Source of the DNA: Octopus vulgaris
Taxonomy: Eukaryota
NCBI GenBank assembly: GCA_951406725.2
Contig: OX597834.1
Span: forward strand, 28,272,001 to 28,336,000
Reading direction: 5' to 3'
DNA: 64,000 bases
Below, in pieces: positions 37,383-50,334 of this stretch. The position numbers and the translations under genes were made by a program. The number at the start of each line of letters is the position of its first letter. The stretch's first letter is position 1. The notes below the pieces were generated by a model. The model ran no database searches. It had not been told where the DNA came from and saw only the letters and a list, made by a program, of their open reading frames with translations.

Positions 37383-37680
37383 AACGGTTCCAGTTGATCC
37401 AATCAACGGAACAGCCTGCTTGTGATATTAATGTGCAAGTGGCTGAGTACTCCACAGATACATGTAACTTTAATGTAGTTCTCTCAAGGAGATTCAGCTT
37501 AACACAGAATGTGACAAAGACTGGTCATTTTGAACTACAGGTACAAATCATTTTTGCCAGGTGAGTGGACTAGAGCAATGTGAAATAAAGTGTCTTGCTC
37601 AAGGACACAAAGCACCACCAAGAATCGAACTCACAACCTTACGATCATGAGTTGAATACCTTGAACCACTAGGCCACATG
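37383..37680 (-). mobile_element. CORE-like SINE with a family-A type tail, old
   Basis: Minus: catgtggcctagtgg...gagttcgattc...gtgtccttgagcaagacacttt (CORE-like), then the A tail (ctgtggagtactcagccacttgcac...gcaggctgttccgttgattggatcaac). Confidence 0.75.
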
Positions 37681-37848
37681 TCTTTACTCACCACCACCAC
37701 AACCAGCATCATCATGATCATCCTCATCAGCTTTTATAAGTTCACTGCCTCGCCACCATCACCATCATCATTGTCATCATCATCATCATGGTCATCGTCA
37801 TCATCATCATCATCATCATCAGCTCTACATGTTAACTGTTCCAACTAC

Positions 37849-37986
37849 CTATTTCTTTACTACCCACAAGGGGCCAAACACAGAGAGGACAAACAAGGAC
37901 GCACAAACGGATTAAGTCGATTATATCGACCCCAGTGCGTAACTGGTACTTATTTAATGGACCCCAAAAGGATGAAAGGCAAAGTC
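37849..37986 (-). mobile_element. SINE C1, 5'-truncated
   Basis: atttctttactacccacaaggggccaaacacagagagg...ggatgaaaggcaaagtc. Confidence 0.85.
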
Positions 37987-38633
37987 TTTCTACTACCAAC
38001 ACCCACCACCCATACTGGCATAAACACAGGAGCAAGTCTTCAGCACAGCAAGAAAGTTTCTACTGTGCCTTTTATACTTTGTCAATGCCACCATCACCAC
38101 TTACCACTGCCATCATCACCATCCAAGAACAGCCAAGCATTTGAGTATTGGAGAACCAGTGGGTGTAGATGACATAGCATGGGGTTGTTGCATATATACA
38201 TGGACATAGAGAAACACACACACATATGAAGAAACAGTAATATAAAACAGCTCCCCACCGCACCTTTGGTTCTCTATATTTCATTTTCTGATTTTTTTTT
38301 TTCGTTCTTGTGTGTGGGTGTAGATGTGGAGATGTGTTAATGTTATGATACGGTAAATTAATGTTCAATCTTGTAAAACACTGTAACTGATTCCATTAAT
38401 ATATACAAACATACGTGTAATGTATATGTACATACATGTACACATCAGTCAGTAAATATATATATCTATACACATAATACATATAAGGTAACATTATGTG
38501 TGTGTGTGTGTGCGCGTAAATATATATACATACATATATACCATATGTGTGTGTATATATATACACATATATTATACATACACATACACATTTTAGATAT
38601 AAATATATATGTACTTATGTGTGTGTGTATGGA

Positions 38634-38664
<31 letters not shown>

Positions 38665-38671
38665 GTGTGTG

Positions 38672-38732
<61 letters not shown>

Positions 38733-38784
38733 ATATATATGTATGTATGTATATATATATATATATATATGTTTTTTTTATATG

Positions 38785-38851
<67 letters not shown>

Positions 38852-39898
38852 CATATATGTGTGTGTGTGTGTAAACACACACACATATTAATGTTTGCTT
38901 TTGTTATAATAAAAACACTTCGCATCAAGCTGAATGATTACTCAATGCATTTGGAAGAATACAAATTTATTGTTCTTTAACAGGAATAGTACTGACAGTG
39001 ACAACGGAGTTTTCGCCAGCTAAGCCCTCATATAATAGAGGCAAATTCTGTGATCATAAATGAGAAATGCAGGTCATAAATGAGAAAAGCAAACTGCAGA
39101 AAAAAACATTTGTTTATAGTGATCAAATATGGATACTTTATATTACCTAACTTCCTCCATCAAATCAACATTACCTGTACAGATGCACAATGTGCCTATC
39201 GCACATCTAATATCAAAATGAATGCAGAATGAAATGTTTTGCTTAAAAACACAATGCACTGCCCAGTCAAGGAATTGAAACTACAATCTTGCAGTTATGA
39301 GTGTGACACTGTAACGAGGACAAATATTGCTAAGCATTTTTTATCCACCGCTTTCCCCAAACTAACCATTCTTCCTTTATTTAACTTGGCACTGTAAACA
39401 CAGGCACCAAAACCCTTGCTCATTGTTGAAATATTTTGCCCATATATGGAATCATGCTGCTTGTGACCATATTTTCCTCCAGTCCCCTCTCTTCCCAGCT
39501 AAAATTTATAAAGGTACAAAGGAAGACTGTTTTAATGAACAAGTTATCTCTTCATTCTGTTTTCTTTTTTAAACCATTTTTGTGTTTTGTCTCTTTCATA
39601 TTGCACAGTTGGTGTTCATGTGTATAAAAATTGTATGTGTGTATATAATGTAAGTAGTTCAGATAACTAAAAAAAAACACACAATATATTTTGTAATATA
39701 TTTTGTAGGAAGTTATACTGCTAAAGCACTTTATAGGTATGAAACCATTGGCCACTCTATGACCAACCATAATTTTAATTTTTAACTTCCTAGAATATAT
39801 ATGCATGTGTGTGTGTGTACGTACATAGAAATACAGATATGTGTATGTGTATATATGTGCGTGTATAATCTTGCATGTGTGTGTGTGTGTGTGTAGGC

Positions 39899-40495
39899 AC
39901 AGTAAACCTTTCATATCCCACCAAACATAAAACCTTACATGGGCGAAGACCTTCTTTATCCTGAGGTGCCGGGTCTTTCTCCTTTCCCTACCCACTGTCT
40001 TCAGCACTTGATATTTTTACAGAAAACCCATTTCTTGTCACCAGTCACCATTCGGTCCAAAAAAGGTTCATTCATGAGACATGACAGCAAAGAAGAGCAC
40101 ACATTCACTCTCTGCGCACGATTAGACACGGAAAGTTTGTGAGGAACCCATTGACCCAATTTGCTGATTTTTCTGATGGCATGCAAGTGTCAATGAGTGG
40201 ATGAATAATCAAATCCAAGCTTCTCTGCTAGTTCCTCAACAGTTACAAGGGGGTTTTGTTCCACCAGGGTTTGCAGGGTGTCTTTATCAAGCTCTACAAG
40301 TCTTCCAGGATGGGGCTTGTCTTCTAGGCTGTAGTTTCTGGCCCAGGATTTCTGGAAACACCATTGACACTGGCTTATACTTATTGTCCAATCTCTATAG
40401 ACTACATTAATATTCCTTGCACTTTCTATTGCATTGTTGTCTTTATTGAACTCATAAAGTAAAATATGCTGAAAATACTCCTTTGTCACTTCCAT
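39899..40495 (-). pseudogene. Mariner (Tc1/mariner) transposase pseudogene, N-terminal half
   Basis: HTH region HILLYEF...ESARNIN...SLEDKPHPGR...TVEELAEKLG, then GQWVPHKL (WVPHEL motif), FLDRMVTGDKKW (first catalytic D) and KEGLRP.KV..VWWDMKG. Frameshifts and stops; truncated at a (TG)n tract. Confidence 0.92.
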
Positions 40496-40757
40496 CTTAG
40501 CTTTGAAAATTAACTGTTAAAATGGAACTGCACTCTTCAAAACAAGCACTAAAATTACTACCTGCTAAATTACTACTAAAATATCAGTGATCTATTGAGG
40601 TCTTACTGAAAACCAAAGTATATCACTTAGAATTCACACCAAAACATGCAGATTATATAGATGTTTATAAAATCACATTACATATTATGTATATATACTC
40701 ACAGACATATATATATACATATACAAACACGGAGATAAATGCATGTACATGACAGTG

Positions 40758-40805
<48 letters not shown>

Positions 40806-41372
40806 TAGATAGATTGATAGATATAATATATATATATATATAATGTGCAAAGATAAATACACATACACGCACGCACGCATGCACACGCATGCATGCACAC
40901 GCACACGCACACACACACACACCACAAATTGACTGACACTGATTTCCATTATAAAATTAAAAACAAAATAGATGACAAACAGAAAAGAGGGGGAGGGGGG
41001 GAAAGAGAGAAAGAGATTAAATAGTAAAAAAGTGAAAAAAAAATACAGAAACTTCCAGAAAAATCTCTTAATTCACAATGGTTTCACTTTCCCATTGTTA
41101 CCAGCAAGAAAGAAAAAAAAATCCCATCAAACAAAAATTAAATAAAATAAGCCAAGCTATAAAAAAAATACAACTCTTTCAAAGACAGATTGTGCTATAT
41201 TCTATATATAGCAGTTTAACAAGTCGTTACAAGATTTCTCTGGCGGGGGGGGGGGGGGGGTAGCTTTTGTTGTTGTTGTTGTTTTTTCATGTACTGTTTG
41301 AACTTAAGAAGAAACTACTAAAGAAATTGAACTTTAATCCGATTTATTAGCAATTAGAGTTTACCAATGCCA

Positions 41373-41403
<31 letters not shown>

Positions 41404-41469
41404 TTACCTATCTATTTACCTCTGTGTGTATGTATGAAGATAAATAGACAGAGAGATAGATATTTATGA

Positions 41470-41942
41470 GATGACAAAGAAATAACTGATTATCTTACAA
41501 ACTCCATTAGCTTACAGCCGTTTCTGCTATAAGCCACAATGTTAATGAAGTCACACACTTCTTCTAAAGGGTATTTTTCATTGACCAGCTCAACTCAAAC
41601 AAGAGACCTTGCAACAATCCATTGATTCTTAGAGACACTCAAAGCATATCTTCCATCAAGCTGTATGATGATAGAAGATAAATGTTAATTTTACAGTGTT
41701 GTTATGGCTTACAGTAATGAATGTGGCACTTGCTTAGAGATAAATGGAATGGTCAATATAAGAGTGCCTGTGTAATGCCTTACAGTTTCATCAGAGCACT
41801 TAATGTGCACTTCAGGTTTGAGGTTCTGATGAAGCTATAAGGTAATTACTCAGGCACTCAACTACGAGTCCACTGCATCTTACAGTGGAAACAGCAGTAA
41901 GCTAATGAAGTTCATAAGATAATCCTTTATTCCTTTGTCATC
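41470..41942. mobile_element. Fold-back element with nested inverted repeats, probably an inverted Penelope-like terminus
   Basis: Outer arms 41470-41533 / 41879-41942 and inner arms 41762-41797 / 41823-41859; hammerhead-like cores on both strands. Confidence 0.7.
41821..41903 (+). ncRNA. Type I hammerhead-like motif
   Basis: ggtt CTGATGA a gctataag-[37 nt]-cttacagt g GAAAC agca GTA agct. Stem I ggtt/agct includes two G-U pairs. Confidence 0.5.
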
Positions 41943-42210
41943 TTTTTTCTTATCATCACTCTGTACCTGACTAAAGCTTCATTCAGAAGCACAATATATT
42001 GAGTTCTATTACTATTGCAATACCTAAAAGAAATATCAAAACATGTATATATATATACATATATAGAGAGACAGGCGCAGGAGTGGCCTTGTGGTAAGTA
42101 TCTTGCTTACAGAACCACATGGTTCCAGGTTCATTCCCACTGTGTGGCACCTTGGGCAAGTGTCTTCTACTATAGCCTCGGGCCAACCAAAGAAAACTGT
42201 CATATATATA

Positions 42211-42425
42211 TATAGTTAATCCAAACAAGAAAACAAAAACAAAAAAAAACAACAACGCAAGAACGTGGAACAAATAAAGTATTATTGGACGCTCAGGAAA
42301 GAAGGGAAGAAGAAGGGTTTGACGTTTCGAGCAGAGCTCTTCGTCGGAAACATAGGAGAAGGAAAGATCCCGAGAAGGGAAGACAGGAGAAAAAAAATCG
42401 CTAGTGATACAGACGAGGTCATATA
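42211..42425 (-). mobile_element. Penelope-like terminal fragment
   Basis: Carries the minimal hammerhead at 42317-42351; purine-rich on +; inserted in (TA)n. Confidence 0.65.
42317..42351 (-). ncRNA. Minimal type I hammerhead ribozyme motif (U4C variant)
   Basis: Minus: gttt CCGACGA a gagc-tct-gctc GAAAC GTC aaac. Perfect 4-bp stems I and II, palindromic ACGT in place of stem III, GUC site. Confidence 0.65.
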
Positions 42426-43049
42426 CACTATATATATATGTGTATGTGTGTGTCTGTGTTTGTCCCCCCAACATCACTTGACAACCGATGTTGGTGTGTT
42501 TACGTCCCCGTAACTTAGCGGTTGGTAGTGGTAGTAGTGGTAGTAGTATAAGAAACCAGTTTCCCTTGCGCACTTGTTTCTCCTTCCTTTTCTGCAACTA
42601 AATAACAACTAAAAACAGTTCCTGCGCTTCCAGTTACCATTTTATCTCTTAATATGTTTTATATACATTCTTTGTATCTTATTCTACTCAAAGCTTGAAT
42701 GGTGAGATTCTTAGGAGTTACATGTTAGGTGGTGACTGACAGTGAGCAGGAGGTGGTAGTATTTCAGTGTGGGTGTCTGCTGCTGGGGGTGGTGGTAGTA
42801 GCTGGTAGTAGGAGATGGCATTATTATACTATCCAAACATTCCAAAATTACCTATCCCTAAAGGGTCCACTTCTGAGATATGGAAAAATATATTGAGATT
42901 TTAAAGCAGCAAAAAATCTACCGAAGATAATGTCTTCTGTCAAGGATCTTATTGGGTTTTGTGTGTGTGTGTGTGTGTGTATTTATGCATGTGTGTATGT
43001 ATATAATACACACAGACAAACATACAAATACATATAAGATAGAAAGAGA

Positions 43050-43140
43050 GCAAGAAAGATAGACAGATAGATAGAGAGAGAGATAGATAGATAGATAGAG
43101 AGAGATATATAGATAGATAGAAAGATAGAGATAGAGATAG

Positions 43141-43187
<47 letters not shown>

Positions 43188-43348
43188 AAGAAAGATAGAT
43201 AGAAAGATAGAGAGAGAGAGAGATAGAGAGAGAGAGAGAAAGATAGATAGACAGATAGAGATATATAGATAGACAGATAGATAGAAATAGATAGAGACAG
43301 ATAGATAGAGACAGATAGAGACAGACAGATAGATAGATAGATAGACAG
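43050..43348. repeat. (GATA)n/(GA)n microsatellite
   Basis: Direct inspection. Confidence 0.95.
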
Positions 43349-43651
43349 GCATATATATGTTATATATACATGTATTACGTGTCTATGTGTAGAGACAAAC
43401 AGACAGATATGTCTCACCACTACCCCCACCCAGCTTCTCTGCTTTTAATTAAGTTTCTCATTCAACCATGCCACAACACAGCTCCACTCGTTAAGCAACG
43501 TAAGTAAAACAAAGAGAAACCATTCTCATTGTTCGCTTCTGTTCTCATGCAGTCTTTACTCTATAAATTCTATTATACCTCTGACATATATATATTAGTA
43601 GTAGTCGCTGTTGTAGTAGATGTTTAGACGTATAGGTCACCGGATACTTCG

Positions 43652-43950
43652 TTAACCCCTTTAACATCTAGACTGGCCATTATCTGGCCAAAATATCCTA
43701 CCTGTTCAAACTGGTCAGATCCAACCCAAATATTCTCTCTTTTTTACTCTTTCACTTGTTTCAGTCATTTGACTGCTGCGGCCATGCAGGAGCACTGCCT
43801 TTAGTCTAGCAAATCGACCCCAGGACTTATTCTTTGTAAGCCTAGCACTTATTCTATCAGTCACTTTTGCCGAACTGCTAAGTTACGGGGACGTAAACAC
43901 ACCAGCATCAGTTATCAAGCGATGTTGGGGGGACAAACACAGACACACAA

Positions 43951-43999
<49 letters not shown>

Positions 44000-44430
44000 G
44001 TATATATACATATATATATATGTATATATACATATAAACATATATATATATATGCTTATATATATGTATATATACATATATATACGACGGGCTTCTTTCA
44101 GTTTCCGTCTACCAAATTCATTCACAAGGCTTTGGTGGGCCTGAGGCTATAGTAGAAGACACTTGCCCAAGGTGCCACGCAGTGGGATTGAACCCGAAAC
44201 AATGTGGTTCGTAAGCAAGCTACTTACCACACTGCATCAAACCCAAATCTTATACTAGTTTTATGTTCAAGCTGGCCAGATCCAACATCTCATACCTAGC
44301 CTACAATGTCATTCTAAAAATAATCACATCATTGAAATCTCAAAGCTACAAGATAATGCATGAGTAATTCAAAACAATGTTAATAAGCATTACATTTGAC
44401 AAAATAATTAGAATGCTAAAAAAAGGGTTA
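43652..44430. mobile_element. TTAA-type MITE with nested SINE B (about 43736-44233, minus)
   Basis: TTAAcccctttaacat ... gaatgctaaaaaaagggtta; aacccaaat on both sides of the SINE. Confidence 0.75.
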
Positions 44431-44972
44431 TAGATAAAAAGTGGTAGGGCTTGAATGAAAATATATTTAGCTGCTATTTCTAGCAGATCGAGAGGCCACA
44501 TAGAAGATTCCATCAGACTTGGGCACGTTTTCTGGGTAGCGGAGGCAGCATTGCGGCATCTGCCATCATACATAAGGAACACACCCCGAGTGTGTGAGGG
44601 GTGGGTCTCAGTCAGCATAATATCGCTGGGTGGTGATGTCTTCTTGGCCTAGTTGTTCAACTTCTCTCCCCACTTCACCCTACCCTTGTATTACCATCTG
44701 TCAAGGGGGCAACGTCTCCTATTAACACATCTACCTTCCAAACTAGTACTCTGCTCCCCCACTTTCTCTCCCCTAGCCCCCTACTCTGTATCATCATGTA
44801 ATCCCCTTCTACAAAAATTAAGGGAAAAGAAAAATTTCACTCTGTTGCATAAGACAATGTCTCTTACTCTTTTCCACACCAACATAGGTGACATCTCTGT
44901 CTCTCTCTCTCTCTCTCTCACCTCTTTCTCGCCTTCCCCACCACTACCACACATCACGAAGATGACACATTG

Positions 44973-45011
<39 letters not shown>

Positions 45012-46869
45012 ACTCTTTCTCCCCCCACCACCACCACACAACACTAAGATGACACATTGCTTTCTCTCTCTTTGTCCTTCCACCAAAGTAACATCTTTAC
45101 ATCTTTCTTGTTGTCTTTTCACCAAACATCTCTCTCTCTCTCTCTCTCTGTCCTTCCAAACATGTCTCTCTTTTTCAGTCCTTCCACCAAACATCTCTCT
45201 CTCTCTCTCTCTCTCATCACCAAAGCAAAGCAACCTCTCTCCATCTCTTTCACTACAAAGACCTAAGACAAAGCTGTCTCTCTCTCTTTCTGATTCTCTC
45301 TCTCTCTCTCTTCCCCTCATTCTTTCTTATTCTCTCTCACTCTCATTCTTTCTGATTCTCTCTCTCTCATTCTTTCTGATTCTCCTTCTCTCTTTCTCTC
45401 TCCCTCATTCTTTCTGATTCTCTCTCTCCCCCTCATTCTTTCTCATTCTCCTTCTCTCTCATTCTTTCTGATTCTCTCTCTCTCCCTCATTCTTTCTCAT
45501 TCTTTCTGATTCTCTCTTTCACCCTCCTTTTCCAATCCACCATCTCACCCTCTTCTCCACCAACTAAGACCAACGACAACAACAAGAACAACATACACAA
45601 CAAGTACCCAGCTCCCTCTTCTCGGCAACACCAGAAACCAGACAAAGTGTCACTTCACTCCCCTGAAACAGCAACAAGCATCTCTACTTCAGCGTTGTTG
45701 TTGTTGTACATCTCACAGTCATCCTATCTCCTTTTACATACAGCAAGGTGAACGAAACCATATACGCAACAGTGTTGTGTTACCTTCTTCTCTCCTAAGC
45801 TAACCTAAATAATAAACAACACAACTAGAAAGGTATGACTCTCTAGATTACGCACCTCTCTATCTTATCCGATGCGAGGTCAAGTGCTATACACCTGCCA
45901 AACTGATTTTCACATCTTAAGCAGCCAATCAACCAACCGACATGACTATCCCACCAAATAGCCAACCAACCAATCAGGCAACCAAGAAATTAACCAACTA
46001 GCCAAGCAAGCAAACAAGCAGCCAACCAACCAATCAGCAAGCCAGCCAACCAACCAACCAAACTACAAACCAACCAGGTAACCAGCCAGCCAGCCAGCTG
46101 GCCAGCAAGTGTTGAGCTTCCGTCAAGTGAGAAAAGGATTTTGTTTCCCCTTCTTTTTCCTGTCTGTTCTGCTTAATTCATAATCCCCATCCAAATCCAA
46201 ATCTTTGGATAATGTTGTCAGATAATCCCAAGAAACAGATTAGTAATAAAGTTAATGCTGTACTGGAACCATGGAAGCTGGTTGGACAGTTCCCATGTTA
46301 AGAGGGTTCCTTCACCACCCCACACAGACAACACCATCACCACCATCATCATCATCGTCATACTCATCATCACCAGCAGTAGTTACTCTGACATAACTCA
46401 CTGAAGAAAGATCTGTCTTTGGATTGAGAAGGTTCTTTGCTTTGACATCATTCTGATACACATATTTTAAATCCCCTCTCTCTCCTCCTCACACAAGAAT
46501 ATTCAGTGATTTCTCTCTTTGCCCTAGTTGCTGTTGTTCTTGTTGCTAAGCCCTCCACTCCACTCCTTCTAGGTCAATGGTGAACAGAGCAGACTTATAA
46601 TGGAAAAGTGTTTAATCCGTGAATGTCTTGGCTTTTTGCCCAGATTACATTGCTCAGCATATCCTACAATGTTTTATGGTTTGAGGGAGATTTGGCTGCT
46701 ATTTCTAGCTGGTTTAGCAACCACACTGAAGCTCCTATGATACAGTCCCCTGCTGCAGTAGCTGCTGCTTCTTACTTGCAATTGTTATCATTCTTTGGTG
46801 CTCTAAGCTGGCAGCTGAAAGAGCAAACATGAGAAATATCCCAGCCACAACCATCCTGTCTTTTTCCAC

Positions 46870-47400
46870 ATGTGGACACTGAAATCCTGAGGAGAGAATA
46901 AAGGTAGGATGGAAGGTGTTTATCTTCAAAGATGTGCTCCAAGCAAAACTGGACAAGACCTTATGTTTATCTTCAAAGATGTGCTCCAAGCAAAACTGGA
47001 CAAGACCTTATGGTCTTGTCCAGTTTTGTTTGGAGCACATCTTTGAAGATAAACACCTTCCATCCTACCTTTATTCTCTCTTCTATAACACTGCCTACCT
47101 GCACTCGTATTCTATTACAAAGAAAGAAGAACACAAAGGGCTATGACAGAAAGGGCCATGGAAAGATCCCATGCTAGGAACATCATTGTTTTAGAGCATG
47201 TCTGAAAATGTGGTAATTCAAGAATGGTACAGAATGAATGACATGATTGCAAAATACCAAAAGCTCAAAGTCCACTGGACTTGACACGTCACAAGGTTCA
47301 CAGCAAACGGTGGACTCATGCAGTTGCTGAGTGGTATTCCAAAAGAACAAAAAAGGGCCACTCCAAAGACCTCCATGATGATGAGAAGAAGATGATTTAT
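46870..47400 (+). pseudogene. Old RTE-clade LINE ORF relic (post-RT C-terminal region)
   Basis: Frameshifted pieces EILRR.IKVGWKVF.FKDVLQAKLDKT / LFYNT / TKKEEHK..TERAMER.MLG / KLKVHW.*HVTRF...WTHAVAEWY...KRPLQRPP follow the RTE pattern (EIxRRIxxGWxxF, RAMERxMLG, WAGHVxR, RPxGRP). Confidence 0.75.
46892..47080. repeat. Near-perfect 69-bp inverted repeat plus 47-bp tandem duplication
   Basis: Arms 46892-46960 and 47012-47080 differ at one base; 46917-46963 is repeated at 46964-47010. Confidence 0.95.
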
Positions 47401-47413
47401 CAAATGACATATT

Positions 47414-47733
47414 TACAAAGTAAGAAAACAGCACAGCTCCCATGACTTCAGGAAACATTTTTTCACGCTGAGAGTTGCTGAAGCATGGAACAAACTGCCG
47501 ACATCAGTTGTTAGTTGTCGGAGCACTGCATCCTTCAAAACTTCCATGCTTCCTGATATTCGCCAACACTACACCTGATTTTCTCCCTTCCATACACACA
47601 CAAGCATGTATCTGACTCATACATTGTTCGCTTTCCAGACATTTCTACATTACTGCATGTACTTTATATGCACTTTCTGACAAGTTGTGGTGCACCTGAG
47701 CACTGTATACAATAATTTCATTATATTATATTA
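47414..47733 (+). mobile_element. CR1-clade LINE 3' end with (TTA)n tail
   Basis: Open frame YKVRKQHSSHDFRKHFFTLRVAEAWNKLPTSVVSCRSTASFKTSM...* (stop 47576-47578) fits the CR1 R-x-x-FF-x-x-RV-x-x-x-WN-x-LP motif; ~150-nt 3' UTR and ttattatta tail. Confidence 0.85.
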
Positions 47734-47757
47734 TGATCTGGGCTAAGATGGAAAAGA

Positions 47758-47866
47758 AGGATGCATGGCTTTGTGGTTAGGGTGTTGGACTCCTGATCGT
47801 AAGGTTGTGGTTTGGATTCCTGGACTGGGCGACAGTTGTGTTCTTGAGCAAAACACTTCATTTCAG
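47758..47866 (+). mobile_element. CORE-like SINE head fragment
   Basis: catggctttgtggttagggtg...tgatcgtaaggttgtgg...gtgttcttgagcaaaacactt, as in the 37.4-37.7 kb head. Confidence 0.65.
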
Positions 47867-48589
47867 AGTCAGATAAAGACAGCCATAGAGAGACATAAAG
47901 ACAGAGAGACATAAAGAAGCAGAGAGACAGAAAGAGATATAGAGAAAGATACAGAGATATAAAGAGAGAAGTAGAGTGAGATGAAAGCAGAGTCATAGAG
48001 AGACATAGAGAGGCAGAGATGCAAAGAGGTATAGAGAGTCAGAGAGAGACAGAGTGAGAGAAACCGAGATAAAAACAGAGAGACATAAGGAGAGAGAATG
48101 GGACAAAAACACACAGAGAAGAGAAACAGACAGACAGAAAAATAAATGCAGAGAGAGAGAGAGAGAGAGACATAAAGACAGTCATAAAGAGATAAAAACA
48201 AGGAGAAATGTAGAAACACGGAGAGCAGAGATATAACAAACAAGGACAAAGAGAGATAGATAGCCATAAAGAGATAGAGAGACAGAGAGAGAGAAACAAA
48301 AAGAAAGAAGGAGATGTACAGATATAGAGAGAGCAAAGATATAGAGAACAGGGACAAAGAGAGACAGATAGCCATAGAGATATAGAGAAAGAGAGAGAGG
48401 CAGAGAGACAGAGATATAAAGATAGAGACATACAGAAATATATAGACAAAGCCATAGAGAGACAGAGAGATATATAGACAGAAAGCGGCAAAGATGGATT
48501 ATTAAAAGGGTGTAAAAGGAGAGGTGGGCCTATAGTAAATAAGATACAGTGTCAGGTTAAATAACTTAGCTAAAATTAGACTGAGATGG

Positions 48590-48629
<40 letters not shown>

Positions 48630-48854
48630 TTAGATAGACACAGAGGTAAATGTGCACGAGTACATACATACATACATACATACAGAATAGGTAAAAGGAA
48701 GATAAATTATGAGCAAGGAACACTGAAAACGATACAGCTTGTATATTGAAATGTAGTCAGGTCGTCATAGGCAGGAGGCAGATTCCTTTTGTTTAAAGGA
48801 TTGTGACAGAGGAAAGGTGTCTTAATTACACATAGATACGTGTATGTGTATGTA

Positions 48855-48890
<36 letters not shown>

Positions 48891-48910
48891 CATTATATAT
48901 CTATATATAT

Positions 48911-48956
<46 letters not shown>

Positions 48957-49756
48957 ATATATGTATATGTATATGTATATACATACATATATGTATATGT
49001 ATATACATACATATATATATATATATGAATATATACATATATATGTATATACATATGTATATACATATATATATATGTGTGTGTGTGATATCGGTATATC
49101 TGTGTGTGTGTGTCTAATCTTAAGATATATATATATGTGACACAAAACACACACATTACAGAAATATCTATCTATCTATATCATGGATTATGAAACTTGC
49201 CAAGAATGCAAAGATACTCATTGCCTTTCATTAGATGTGGGGGTGGGGTGAGGGTGGAATAAAACTCAAATTAAAAACTGAAAGACACAGAAAAAAAACA
49301 AAAAACCATGTACTTTAAACAGCATTCCCACCCCAAATTTTTTTTTTTTTGCCTGCTCAGTCTAACTTTTTTACTCTCACTCAGCAACTTCAATAATGCA
49401 GAAAACAAACTATTAAAGCTATTTGGGATCGTATGAATCAAGGAGATACGATATAGGTGGAGAAGAAAAGACGAAAACACATAAAATAAAAGAGAAAATT
49501 AAAGAAAAGATGGAACATATTTGGAGCAGAATGTTAACTGCTATATTCCCAGCATGCATTGCATGTAATGGCTGACATCAAGGTTAATTCACTAAAGAAC
49601 AAAGTTGGTCTTTTTTTCCTCTTTCTCATTTAGCAAGGCACTAGTTGAACTTATATAGGACAGTTTTTCAGTTTTACATATATATATATATATATATATA
49701 TAGTGTAATAAATATATGCATACATACAAACATATATGTACGTACCTACATCTACA

Positions 49757-49792
<36 letters not shown>

Positions 49793-49808
49793 GGACAGTT
49801 TTCAGTTT

Positions 49809-49839
<31 letters not shown>

Positions 49840-50334
49840 GTGTGTGTAGTTATAGAAAGAGAAGAGGCCTACAAATTTGTTGTTTTTTTTTCTTCTTTTT
49901 CCTAGCTTAATCAGATGGGAGCCATTAACGGCTGTAATTAAGAAAATGAACTTTGTAACATCATACACCTATATGGAATGGAAGATAAACACTTGTGTGT
50001 GAAGGAAAAGAACTGTAAAGTACACATACAGACACATACACATATCTACTTGCATACAGAGAGAGAAAGAGAGAGAGAGAGAGAGAATGCTTTATGACTA
50101 TTAATAAAGGTGGCTTCACAGAAAATGATCATATGATGTAGGAATTTGATTAAAAGACAGGGAGAAGTTAGTGTTAATGCGGTAAGCATTTAATAAAAAA
50201 AATCTAATTTGAAATACTCGTGCTGAGTAAGGATGAGTATAATCATTTTAGCAAGTAAGTAGGGGGAGACAAGTACGAACATGTTTCAGTGTTATTAACC
50301 CACCTCTTCACTGTGTTTTGCAGTTTTCATTACC

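Larger units (their letters stand above)
42072..42523 (+). mobile_element. SINE B interrupted at its internal (TA)n by a Penelope-like fragment
   Basis: Head 42072-42190; body resumes ~42430. Confidence 0.85.

Noticed and set aside
38984-39023. Possible + strand terminal exon (ttctttaacAG|g NSTDSDNGVFAS*)
   Set aside because: Only 12 codons with no upstream partner exon; such matches are expected by chance.
44653-45417. 254-aa ORF
   Set aside because: Dominated by (CT)n pyrimidine tracts; Leu/Ser low complexity.
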